Positions 13,447 to 24,322 of a DNA stretch of 64,000 bases are shown piece by piece. The translations under genes were made by a program, and so were the position numbers. The stretch spans positions 124,001 through 188,000 of the forward strand of contig ADNK01000697.1 of NCBI GenBank assembly GCA_000320545.1. The letters run 5' to 3'. Numbering within the stretch: position 1 is the first letter of the stretch; each line of letters begins with the position of its first letter. The DNA is from Bigelowiella natans CCMP2755. Lineage: Eukaryota; Protista; Cercozoa. Below the pieces are notes generated by a model. It was given only the letters and a program-made list of their open reading frames with translations, ran no database searches and was not told the origin of the DNA.

Positions 13447-14392
13447 CTATCTCCCTCCCCCCTCTCTCTTACGCACGCACGCATCTGATGGCCTTATTAC
13501 TGTTCCCCCAAAACTTTCTTCTGCTGCAGGGGCCAAACTGACTGCACTAGTTAAGCATATTCACGTCATTAAAAGGTATACATGTAGCATTCTGCTTCAG
13601 TTGCAGTTTCTTAATTGTTGGTCGGCTAAAACAGCATGACTTATACACATGCAAATACGAATAGCATCAAATCTCCATGGAACATTCGTGGATGGCTAGG
13701 AGCATCTGTGATGGGTTTTGCAGGTACGCACTAGCACTAGCATCTTGCTGTCCTCCAAATACCGCCTTTAGTGTGCCCTCCCTCTCCCTAATCGCGTCTC
13801 CCAGGCGCATTCAACTCCGAGAGGGCGAAGGAGGGAATCATGACGCAGGAGTTTTATGACCGTCCTTTCAAGGTAGTGATTTCGACGGTAACGATGATGA
13901 GATGAAGATCACGATCATGAGAACCCGTCGTGAAGGAGAAATCGATGCATACGTGAGCTGCTTTTGATTTACTTTCTCGAAATTGCTCCTGATGTATCGA
14001 TTATTACTATTAAAACTTGAAGAGCGCCGACGAGATGCCGGACTGGAGTAGGCCGGGGATGGACAAGTACAGAGAGCTGAAGGAAAAGGCGAGAAGACTC
14101 CGCGAGGTGATAGATGAATAAGCGTGATGAAAACATAGTGCGCTTTGGATATCGCAATAATTGGCTGTTGGCATCTTTACGACGCTTTGTGGTCGCTCAG
14201 GCGGACGGTAGCTACAGCAACCTCCAGAGCGAGGACTCATTCGAGGAGGAAAAGGAGGATAATGACAGCATCGTCGTCGATGACGAGGATAAACGGAAGA
14301 GACCAGTGCAAGAAATTGGGCTCCTCGATGATGGAGAGGAGGAGGAGGAGGAGGACGACGATGACGGCGGCGACGAAAATACGGTTGTATAA
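8949..14392 (+). CDS. ACTR10: Actin-related protein 10/11 (dynactin pointed-end Arp), multi-exon
   Basis: Spliced exons NLLVFDIGARFTKLGFAG|ESEPRHILPS; YVDFIANIYQDNLQ; VILLED; NCLVVDIG|YSGTRIVAVYDRNPVL; CTPEIRAAVV..FTG|GGASIPG; GWLGASVMG; EMPDWS. These are collinear with human ACTR10 ([23 protein letters not shown]...VAWLGGAIFG...IPDW). The start could instead be 9177. Confidence 0.85.
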
Positions 14393-14849
14393 AAGAAGAA
14401 ACAAAGGAACAGAAAATGTCCTAAACAGTGGCTCAGAGCTGTGAGAAGACAGCCAAAATTATGGCGACGATTTCTTTTTCTGCAATACCGCCCTCCTCGT
14501 CGTCGCCAGATGCTGCAAACCATAATCACCCCTGTTTCATTTCAAAAAAACGTCGATAAGACATCCGTCGTGTACATTCATTCATTTCTTAGTGGGTGTG
14601 CGCGATGTGTTCATCACCATCCTTATTTTACAGCCTATAATCGGGGGTGCGAGCGGAGTCCTAGAGGAAGGGGATGATGATGACCAGGGCTTGTTTGGAC
14701 TGATTAACAAAAGTTGAGCCAAATTCGTACGACATCTAGGCTATTGACAAACGATGTCAGAATTAGGCCGCTTTACAGGAGGTAATGTAAATGAATACAT
14801 GCTGCCGAAGAGGCTTTAGCAAGGCTTCATCTAAAGGTGTAGCAATGTG

Positions 14850-15270
14850 TTTTCCATGCACGGAATATTGTAAAGCAGTATGTTACCGTTGATTTGCGAC
14901 CATATCTGGCTAGCTGGCAATTTAAAAAAGCAGTAGCGTTCCCACGTTGACTAAGTTTAGAGCTTGCTAGACGGCGTCTTGCTAGCTTGTCGTCCCTTGC
15001 AATAACGATGCGATGGAATGCCGTATCTGTTCTGGGAAACACTTCTAGACGTGGCACCGTGCGCAAGACAAGAAGCCATGTGCAGCTAGCTAGCTAGCTA
15101 GTGCGCTGATGTTGCTGCATTATTGCCTAGTTGCGCTGTCGCTTGCATTTAACATCGTTGGTAACAATGCAGTCCACGACGCGCATTTATGTACTGGCTG
15201 TACACTACGTCAACATTTGCAATAAGCGCTTTATATTTAGTCTTATTAGTCGTGACCATAGCATGGTGGA
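14850..15270. other. Palindrome-rich intergenic tract 2 (ACTR10 + / secreted protein -)
   Basis: ggctagctgg, gagcttgctaga, cttgctagcttg, gtgcagctagctagctagctagtgcgc (~15080-15106). Confidence 0.7.
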
Positions 15271-15335
15271 TATATAACGTAAGCTAACACGTATATTCTA
15301 CGACGTGCTGCCAGTAATATTGCTTATGAACCGCC

Positions 15336-15804
15336 TCATATACACAATGAATGCCACATTGTCGTGTGGAAGTACAAAGCTACTCTGTCATCCCTGGTCC
15401 ATGAGGATCTGGATCCTGAGAACAGAAATCACATCAACAGCTTTCCTCCCTATTGGTAGTCATTATACACAGCGCTACACCAATCTAATTTGCGAGACAG
15501 GAGGATCACCTCTGAGTGGTCGCACAATGCGAGCCCATAGTGCCAAGCAGCGGCAGCAACGCATCCAGTTGAAAAAAGCGACATTGGACTCGAAAATTGG
15601 ATACTCGAAAGTTGTTCTCGAATGAAATTTTTGGTCTACATTGTTCAAAAAAGATTCAAATCCCTCAGGTGCCAGGATTTGTTGGTCGCTCAATGATCTC
15701 GAAGGGATTCCTGCCCAGTCCTCTGCCACGAACAGAAAACAAAACAGCAACCGATGCTTTGTTTGCAGAAACTAAAATTGCAATCACCCCAGCCCCACCC
15801 CCCA

Positions 15805-15864
<60 letters not shown>

Positions 15865-17246
15865 TTTCACACTCTCCTGACCAAAGCAGCGATGCCATCA
15901 AAGTGCATAATCGAATCGAACGCCATCCTGTAATTTTGAAGCAAATCTTTGATTTCAACGAAGAACATGTAAGAGGAAGGATCATGAATGGGAGAAGCAG
16001 AGTCCAGAAGGCGAAACGCAAGAGATCCAAATAACATGCACACAGGAGATGGTGCTCTTTACAGATTGGAATGAAGCACTCACATCTTCCCAGCCGTTGC
16101 GAGTAGGAGGAATCTTAGTAGTTATCAGGAAAAAGTGCAGATATGTTCAATACAGCAATGTATGGACGGCTGACTTTACGGACTTCTCGTATGTATGGAT
16201 GTATGTATGGATGTAGTGGCACATGTACGACGTTGTTGCTCTAGAAAGAGCGGGGAGCGCAGAGAACGTAGACCATGACTTGACCGTAATTCCGGAGATA
16301 AACGTTAGAATCCCAGCTAAAAATTCGAACCTGCCATTATCATCACCGGATAATGTGATATTGCGCATAATTTCCAGTTGGAAATCTTCGTATTTTCCCG
16401 CTTGCTCTGTCCTCCTTCTATGGAGAACGAATATATTTATGGACCTTGTCGCGACGTACGGATACTTGAACTCGCGAGATAGGAAGGCAATCACATCGGT
16501 TGCCATTGGGTCGAAATCGGAGCCCTAATTACCACACGAATCACAATTATTGCACGTTAAAATCCAAAGCTGCTTTGTGTTCTATAATATCATTTCGGAC
16601 CATCAGCTGCACCGTCATTGCTATCGTCGTGAAAATTACTGAGAACTGAACCTAGGCAGCACCAAAACATCGCTGAATAAATATCAGTATCTTCGATAAC
16701 ATGTTGCTTCCGTTGCTTCCCCCCCACCCTACTTACCGCCACGGTAATGGCCATCAATGAGGTGAATACAACACGTAGCCTAATGAAGAAATAGGTCCGC
16801 GTTTATAGGCTAGTGAAGGTATATCCAGGAAATCTGATGCTTCTACCTTTGTTGTAGTCTTCGACCATCAACTGTACTATTAACCTATCAATATGTAAGT
16901 TTCTGTTTAGAATGCGATATATGTTCATATGAAAGTTGTAGGTGTCATAGCTTTCTTTTAGTATTTGTTGATTACGTGTGATGGCATCATCTAATTAACT
17001 ACTCTGGGGTCTCCAAATGGTGCCCATAATTGCCCCATTGCTGCTCCAGCAACCTGGATATGAGTATTGAAGATAACGATGGATTGTACTGATAATGAAG
17101 AGACGTAAGATTGGTAGGGTTGTTTCATCATCCGAGGTACCAAGGCTGCTGGGGTTCGAAGGTTGCCAAAAAATTCTGAACTGTGTCAAACACGCGCGCT
17201 ATTATGGTAGGTATGTGCGAATTCATGCATGGATGTATCACCAATC

Positions 17247-17280
<34 letters not shown>

Positions 17281-17585
17281 ACTTGCCTACAACAATATTG
17301 TAACTGTATCAAAATGTATAAAGATACACGCATGATGATGATAATAATAGCGATCCTACGCTGCTCCAGCACAATTGATAAGCTTTTCAGTTGTAGCAGA
17401 TGCCATATCTGGAATTCCTATAAGAATTCAAAGAGTATGTTATATCTGGAATCCCTGTTAGAATTCAAAGAATGGTTGACCGATGATGTTACATTTAGAG
17501 AATAAAAACAGAGCCTAATTACAACACTCTAAGTACCGTATGAGGCACCCAGCAGAACAACACTGAGAGCCGTAGTTTTGCACAT
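15336..17585 (-). CDS. Hypothetical secreted/membrane protein, multi-exon
   Basis: ATG at 17585 MCKTTALSVVLLGASYG|IPDMASA (signal-like); hydrophobic exons LRVVFTSLMAITVA|VQFSVIFTTIAMTVQLM; open exons ~16520-16225, ~16030-15882, ~15722-15605 with GT-AG borders. No family recognised. Confidence 0.5.
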
Positions 17586-17670
17586 CTTTCCCAGAACCTT
17601 TGACCTTCGCAGGGTTGCTGCGCAGGATCGCGGATGGGGTAAGGTCTCGGGGACTTCAGCCTCTGAGAAG

Positions 17671-18820
17671 ATGATATTGTGTCAGGCTGTGACTTCAAAA
17701 GCATCATTGTATAAAATTTCAAGGAGGCCGTTGTTTAAATCAAGGGCTGTTTTCTGGAATCTGCCAGAGTCCATGCCTGAGAACGACCCCTCTTATAATC
17801 AGAATCTCCTCTTGCGAGCTTCTGCGTCGAGAGTGAGAAAATCTGAGGACAAAGCCGGCGTGCAATGGTCCTCTGAGAACCTCCCGCTGAGACCGTAGTG
17901 GCAAGAAAAGCCAGTATTACTACAGGAGAGGGATACGTGAGCATCACCGCGCGGCTGACGAGGTATGAAACGGGGGGGGAGAGGGGTATTCGTTGATTTG
18001 TTTCCGTGTTTCGGGAAGGAAGGGGCAAATACGGTGCTTTAATATTTCAACACGAGCGCAAATACAAGCCTTTTTTCTCCCTCGACATCGTTATTTATGA
18101 GTATACGATAATAACGGCCTGTAGCAATATTCGAGAATGTATGATCTACATCAACTACGACATCGCTTCGGAGGTGTCGTTGGACAGAAAAGTCTTATAG
18201 TAAAGACTAGAAAGATACGGTAAATTCGGGTTGTCGCAACATCAAAACACCTTCTGTCTCGGCCAAGTACTCGGCCGGTCTCCCGCAGCGTCGCCATCCC
18301 GGCCATCCCGATGGGGAGCGCACGTTGGAAGCATCCGCCAATGGGGACATGGGTCGTAGGAACACGGAATGGTCTGCATGTTCGCGCTGGTCCAAGCACA
18401 AAGTCGAAATCTACTAGCGTGCTTCGATATAAGGTGTTATGGCATTGAAAAAATTTACAACACCGCGTCCATCTATAAACACGTGCCCCCATGTTTCTCG
18501 TTTAGGAAAAAGTTGATGGGCTACAGCGGGTAGATGGTAATGACAAATATCTAAACTAAATTCTTCGAGCAATATACTAACTATGAACTGAGTCCATCGT
18601 GATTGATTGCGGCAAGGATGGCTGAAACATTCGAAAGGAGGATGGTCATTGATTAAAAGACTAGACGGAAAGGATCTTCTCGTCGAGTAAGAGTCTCTTT
18701 TCGTTAAAATAAACAGGCAACAGGGAAATAATTTTACATGTGTATTTCAGGTTGGTGGATCTGGAAGAAATAGTTATAGAGAGCCACGAAGAGAAAATAA
18801 AATTCTTTCATCCCCAATGA
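17671..18820 (+). CDS. Small multi-exon protein with C-terminal bacterial-type SH3 (SH3b-like) domain
   Basis: Spliced: GTWVVGTRNGLHVRAGPSTKSKSTSVLRYK|EKVDGLQRVDG|WLKHSKGGWSLIKRLDGKDLLVE|LVDLEE...HPQ*, matching the SH3b pattern LNVRxGPS...L..G..V.....W.....GW. N-terminus is Arg/Lys/Ser-rich with no acidic residues. Confidence 0.65.
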
Positions 18821-18949
18821 ATCAATAAAGGGCTAGTTATGTGTTTTAAGATTTAACATCAGGAGGTGATACTTAAATGAATCAAATGATCAAATGAAAT
18901 CACATCATCAAAAGAGTTTACGAAAATTTGCATTCGTACGTTGAATTTC

Positions 18950-19400
18950 AGCACGTGTAATTATTTGATGCTAGATGTGCCACATGCTAGCTGGCATGGC
19001 ATATGCGAGATATGGCTAATGGCATGATCGAGCATCACGCGACTTGCATTGTGCGCTCATCTAAACGTGTGGGAGCATGTTGTGAGGGACACTGTACAAG
19101 ATCTTTTCCTGCTGGAAACGAGCACGCACTCCTTTGTCTACCTAGCTACAGCAACAAATGGAGGCACCGAACGTCCTCACAGATTCCATGCTAGCAGCAT
19201 GCAACAGAAATTAACAGATATTTCAGGCCAAATCTAACAACAATTATCTTTCATGGGCATACATGGGCACTCACGAATTCTTGACATGACATTAAAATCG
19301 TAAAGATAGATACATGTGGAATAACAATATAATTTTAATGGGACTATTTTTACATCACAATGCATGCATCTACGTTCGCTTGCTCAGTAGGCAAGAGATC
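18950..19400. other. Palindrome-rich intergenic tract 3 (SH3b + / lectin-like -)
   Basis: gatgctagatg, acatgctagctggcatggcatatgcg, ccatgctagcagcatgcaac, caatgcatgcatc. Confidence 0.65.
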
Positions 19401-19488
19401 AAGTATGTACAAAGCAAGAGACCAAGTATGTACAAGTATATACGTGTCTCTTGCGTGGTCTAAATGAAAGTCAAATCTGATAGTTGCA

Positions 19489-22400
19489 TTAAACCGAAAA
19501 TCTCCATGAAAGAAATTGAATAGAAACGATGGGATCTAGACTTATAATGCCAAATGCAAGCCTGAAAGTGATGATATGATGTGATGTAAGGTGTGATAAT
19601 CTTGTCCGCAACACTTGAAGTGAATGTGATGATCTCATTTGTAAGATTGCGTGTACAGTACCATCGGTGTTGGACAACTTCGGTGTTGGATAACTTTTTA
19701 GTCAATTCGCAAAGGGGGTTAAATCACCAGTGCAGTTAAATCGAAGCGCTCAATGCTATGTCTGTATCGAAGCTTACACGGGCATGAGCGAACTGCACGT
19801 AAAGAGGCCTGAAACAGTATTTACGTTTGTAGGCTGTTTTATGTTGCTTTGATGTGATGGAGGGTATTGTATTTATCATCGGTCTGACAGACGAGATCGA
19901 AACCGTCGCTGTAGGCTACAGAGTTGTATAAATGATATCGGCATCCACAGGGCTTGTCGCTATCGAAGCATCTGAAGGAGTAGTATGCACAAGAGGTAAC
20001 GCCGCTATGAATGGTGTCCGTGTCGCTCCCCAACTCCGCATCAACGTGCATATTGATTTCCCGCAGCTCTATTTGGTCAAGGTGGACAGTCTCCTGCCCC
20101 GTCCACATCCCTGAAACCAGCACGCAGTGAGCCATATTGCCTTGCTTACAATACTTCCCCGGGTCGCTCGTGGGGTAGAAAATGCGGGTTGGACCTGGGG
20201 GACAATTTGAGGCTCTAGCAACACCATTTGAGTCGATATCGAAGCACTGATTGGAAGCCTAGAGCCGCGGTAATGAGAACGAGCTTTCGCCAGGATTCGA
20301 GTTCCACTGCATCTCTTCACACTCGGCGGTGTTTGTTGTTAAGCTAAATATACCTTGCTGGACTACGCCCTTCTTGTAGCAGGTCGCTGTGGTAGCGTGC
20401 GTCGCGGGCTTGAGATGTAAGACTTCTTCTTCAATGACCTCTAATTTCACAAGGGCAGTATCGCTGTCGGCCTTAAATTTTAGGCGGATATCCTGCCAAT
20501 AGGATCTTGGCAACTTCATTCTTTTCGTTTTTGGAGATCGAGTAGGAATCGGGGTGGGGTACCTAGAAGAAGAAGAAGAAGAAGAAGAAGAAGAAGAAGA
20601 AGAACCATCTTTGATAGGAGGAAAGAGGGAGATATCATCTGAATTTCTAATACTATGCTACTGATGCTGCCACTACTTACTACCTATTCGACTACGATAG
20701 TGTGATTCACAGTACCTCGATGGCTGGCGCGTGGGCTGTTTGGTTGGAGAAGGGGTCGGGATTTTTGTTGGAAGAGGAGTTGGGAAGCTTGAAGGCAGAC
20801 GAGTCGGTACTTCACTGGGAAGTCGGGTAGGTGATTTAGACGGAGCACAGCTCGGAGCTTTCGAGGGTTGCGGCGTGGGGTACTTGCTGGGGTAGTGTGT
20901 AGGGTATTTTGTCGGATAGCTCGTCGGAAACTTGGTTGGTATAGGGGTGGGAAACTTTGAAGGCTGGGGCGTAGGAAACTTGGTAGGGGAAGGCGTTGGG
21001 TACTTCGTCGGCGACTTTATATGAAAAGGAAATGTTTTGAAGCAACTTTGTTATTGGAGCGGAAAAGGTTTTATATGTAAAGGAAGAGGAAAGAATGAGT
21101 AGCTACACTAATCTAGGCACAATGTGATGTATTGATGAGACAGACAAACTATTTGCACCGACGAGAAAATACCTCCGCTTTAGTATGACTATATCCATGG
21201 TGGCTGCAAATACGGGTATTCGCGCAAGCACGGAAGAATGCACATAACATATTGTACGAATTTGCCTTTGGTTTCATATAGAATATTGGCAAGGACCTTA
21301 GAATACGCAGCCCCCTGCACATCTCCGGGATATTGACGAATCACGTATGACACAATCTTGAATTGAGGGGAAATAGTGGAGATGAGGGGTAGATAGTGAT
21401 CAAAATAGAAGATATTTTATGATAAGGATCCGCAAACAAAATCCGAAAGGATCACGAGAAACGTCGCTTCTGCTATATTGTGCTCTTGGGCAGCTATACA
21501 TGTGGCGAAAGCTGCTCGGCTCTCGACACTTATTTCTGTTGGGAAATGCTCGAAAAGAGAAATGATCGAATTACTTCAGGAGAATGGGATAAATCGCTAT
21601 CGTAGCTCTGTTCCTCCTGGGCACAAAATGAGAACCCAGACCTGATGTTGAAACACCATTCCTATTAAACTCTGCACGAGGCCAAGATACTTTGCTTGTC
21701 CTCATACGAAAACGGAAGTCATTTTACACCACCCAATAATGTGTTGGGGAATCGCAAGCATCATGACACGGTTGTTGTTTGTGGAGGAAGATGATATATT
21801 TGATGTTCTTAATACGATGATCCATCCGTCCACCGAACAGCAGCTGGATCGTCGTCATCCTTGGCTTTACAAACATATTTAGTTATGCATGAGCAGTATA
21901 TGTACATTTAAGATGCTAGCGAAGGGATAGAAGACGAACGATCATTACCCCCCCTCTCTCTCTCTATCTCGCTCTCCCCCCCTCTCGCGCTTTCTCTCTT
22001 CTGTTGGTTTGTGATTGCGCCATAATGAATAATTGGCCGTCTAGCCGAGTGGTGATATCTATTCATTACTGTAGAATTTTGTGATTAACACATAGTCTGC
22101 GAAGGAGCTGGGGAAACTCTCGTCAATCTGTATTGGTATGCAAGAAGACAAAATTTTTTGAGCGAAGATGACGGTAGCTGAGTATAAAAGATGCTACCAA
22201 TTCCTCCATTAGGTGCAATTCTGTTACGAAAGGTGATTAAAAAATGCAGGAACTAAAATTCACAAGTCTCAATGATGGTAGGTCATTTTAGGTTCTATGC
22301 TCCTTCCGAATTTACGTCATTACATAGGATGAGCAATCTACGGTCCTGGCGCTTGTCGTTTTTACCGCGTACTGTAAGATGCAAAGGATGATAGAAAGCA

Positions 22401-23748
22401 CGCTAAGACATCGCAACTATTGTTGAAGCAACGACTAAAACCCCCACCATCAACCTCAGCGACTTTCCCCTTAATTTCATTGCCTTTGTACATGCTATGC
22501 TCGCGAATTTTCCTACCTTTGAGAGGCCGTCATTTATCGTTGTGTCGCGGGACCACGCTATCCATCCGAACATCTCAGAGGAGCTTGCTCCCTGGCTGTG
22601 CCAATATCTGTGGTTGCATCGAATATAAAGCTACACATAGAGAAATACTAATCCTGTGTTACAATAGCATAAAGGAAAGCATCGAGCTTTGCCAAAAATT
22701 TAACTCACACACTCTTTGCAGATAAATATTTTTTGTATATCATCCGTCTTTCTCCTTTAGCTCCCTCACCTCCCCCCCCAACCCCTTCGTATATTTATTA
22801 GCTGATATTTATGGCCTCTCCCCCTTACGTATATTACTCTGAAAGTTGAAAAGCAGCCTTGAAATTTGTGGATGTGATATCCCACGTCCGCGTAACCTGG
22901 TACCTAAAAGAAGAATAGCAAGAATGAGAGACAGACGCTTACTCATATATTTCTCGTAACTACATAGATCAACAAGTTTTCTTTTTTGTTGAGTCCTCTT
23001 CATTAAAATTCATGCAACATCACGATCTCGCTACCGGCCGTGGTTATTGGTTTGTAGTTGCGAGAAAATTAATGGTGCGGAGCTCCATGGAACCATCGAT
23101 ACGGTTTGATATGAAAACGGGCCTCGAATATTGTTGTAGATCGAGCTCGTCGCAAATTTGTCTATGTAAAGTCATGAGGACCTCAGTAAGAGAGATCAGA
23201 GTGGGCATAAATTCTCTCATGCAAAGAAATTCTCTGCTTCCCTCTCCCCCCCTTCAAGGTACTTGCAGAGATGCGACTTCCATCCGACAAGATCCAATCT
23301 CCTTGCTCAATGACCATGTAATAAACTCTGTTGGTTGTGTGCTGGTCGTCGTGGCCTGGAACTGGCTCGCTTATCCGTACTTCGAATGAATTTGAGTTCA
23401 CATTTCGGACCTAGTTCAGAGTGTGGAAAAATGGTTGTTTTACGTGTAGTGGTCGAAATTGTTTTGCCGTTAGATTCGGCTGAGACACTTACCAGCGTGC
23501 TCGAACAATCCATGCCGTCATTTTCCGGATCAGCCGCTACAACAATAGGACTCCTATACGACCTGGACGCATCATGTGTCATGAGCAATTCATTTGATCA
23601 CTCTCCGGACACCACTACACCTTCTCAAAGTCACTGTCTTCCACGCATGCGTAGTGCAGTCACAGGTCTTCCCAAACTCGCCGATGATCGCCCCCGCAAC
23701 CAAGGGCGTAACAAATCCGAGCAGGGACAGCACCATGGCCAGACCCAT
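19489..23748 (-). CDS. Secreted protein: signal peptide, three bacterial-type (H-type-lectin-like) repeats, Pro/Thr stalk, unknown C-terminal region
   Basis: MGLAMVLSLLGFVTPLVAG signal. Repeat exons SYRSPIVVAADPENDGMD, FEVRISEPVPGHDDQHTTNRVYYMVIEQGDWILSDG, WSSAPLIFSQLQTNNHG, VTRTWDITSTNFKAAFQLSE, SEMFGWIAW, LFIMAQSQT..DDDPAAVRW. PT repeats follow. Might be two genes. Confidence 0.55.
20530..21020 (-). repeat. Coding xP(T/S)x tetrapeptide repeat (mucin-like stalk), ~27 units
   Basis: KSPTKYPTPSPTKFPTPQPSKFPTPIPTKFPTSYPTKYPTHYPSKYPT...QPTRQPSR|YPTPIPTRSP; 12-nt periodicity. Confidence 0.85.
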
Positions 23749-24322
23749 GTTGCATGGGGAGATGCTGTGACGTTTTTGGATCTCTTTTGACACATAATAA
23801 TAATGTGCCGTAGCATGGCAATTTCAGTCTTCGCAACGTGAAATTGGGTCTCGATTCCCAAGGTATCCAATCCATTTTTAGTCATTTTATCGGCCTGTCA
23901 ATGCCTTTAACATGAAAACGGGGAATGGCTAAAGCCGAAAGAGTAAATGGATTTGACTGTTGACGTTGATGCTTAGCAGTAAAATTTCGTGAAAGAAACC
24001 CATGTCATTTCTGTCTACACGACATGAATTATTTCATCTCAAAACTAGAAAATAAGAATTTAGTTGAAAACGCCAGAGATAAATTAATACTTGTATTGCA
24101 ACATTTCTAGGATTTCCTACCTGTGTGACAAGCGAATTCACTTGTCTCACAAAATGATTCAGCGAGCCTGCGAGCCTGCTCTCTCGTACCTTCGGAAGTG
24201 ACCGAAATGACATGGATTTATTTAGTGCGACAACGTTGACATGATAAAGGGCCAGAAAAGGCCGGCATTTGAACCCTCCTCAGGAACAGACGAGGATTCT
24301 TCCGATTCCATTCGCTACACCC

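Noticed and set aside
19460-19705. GT92-like HYKSRS motif
   Set aside because: Splice phase favours a different frame; the motif is isolated.
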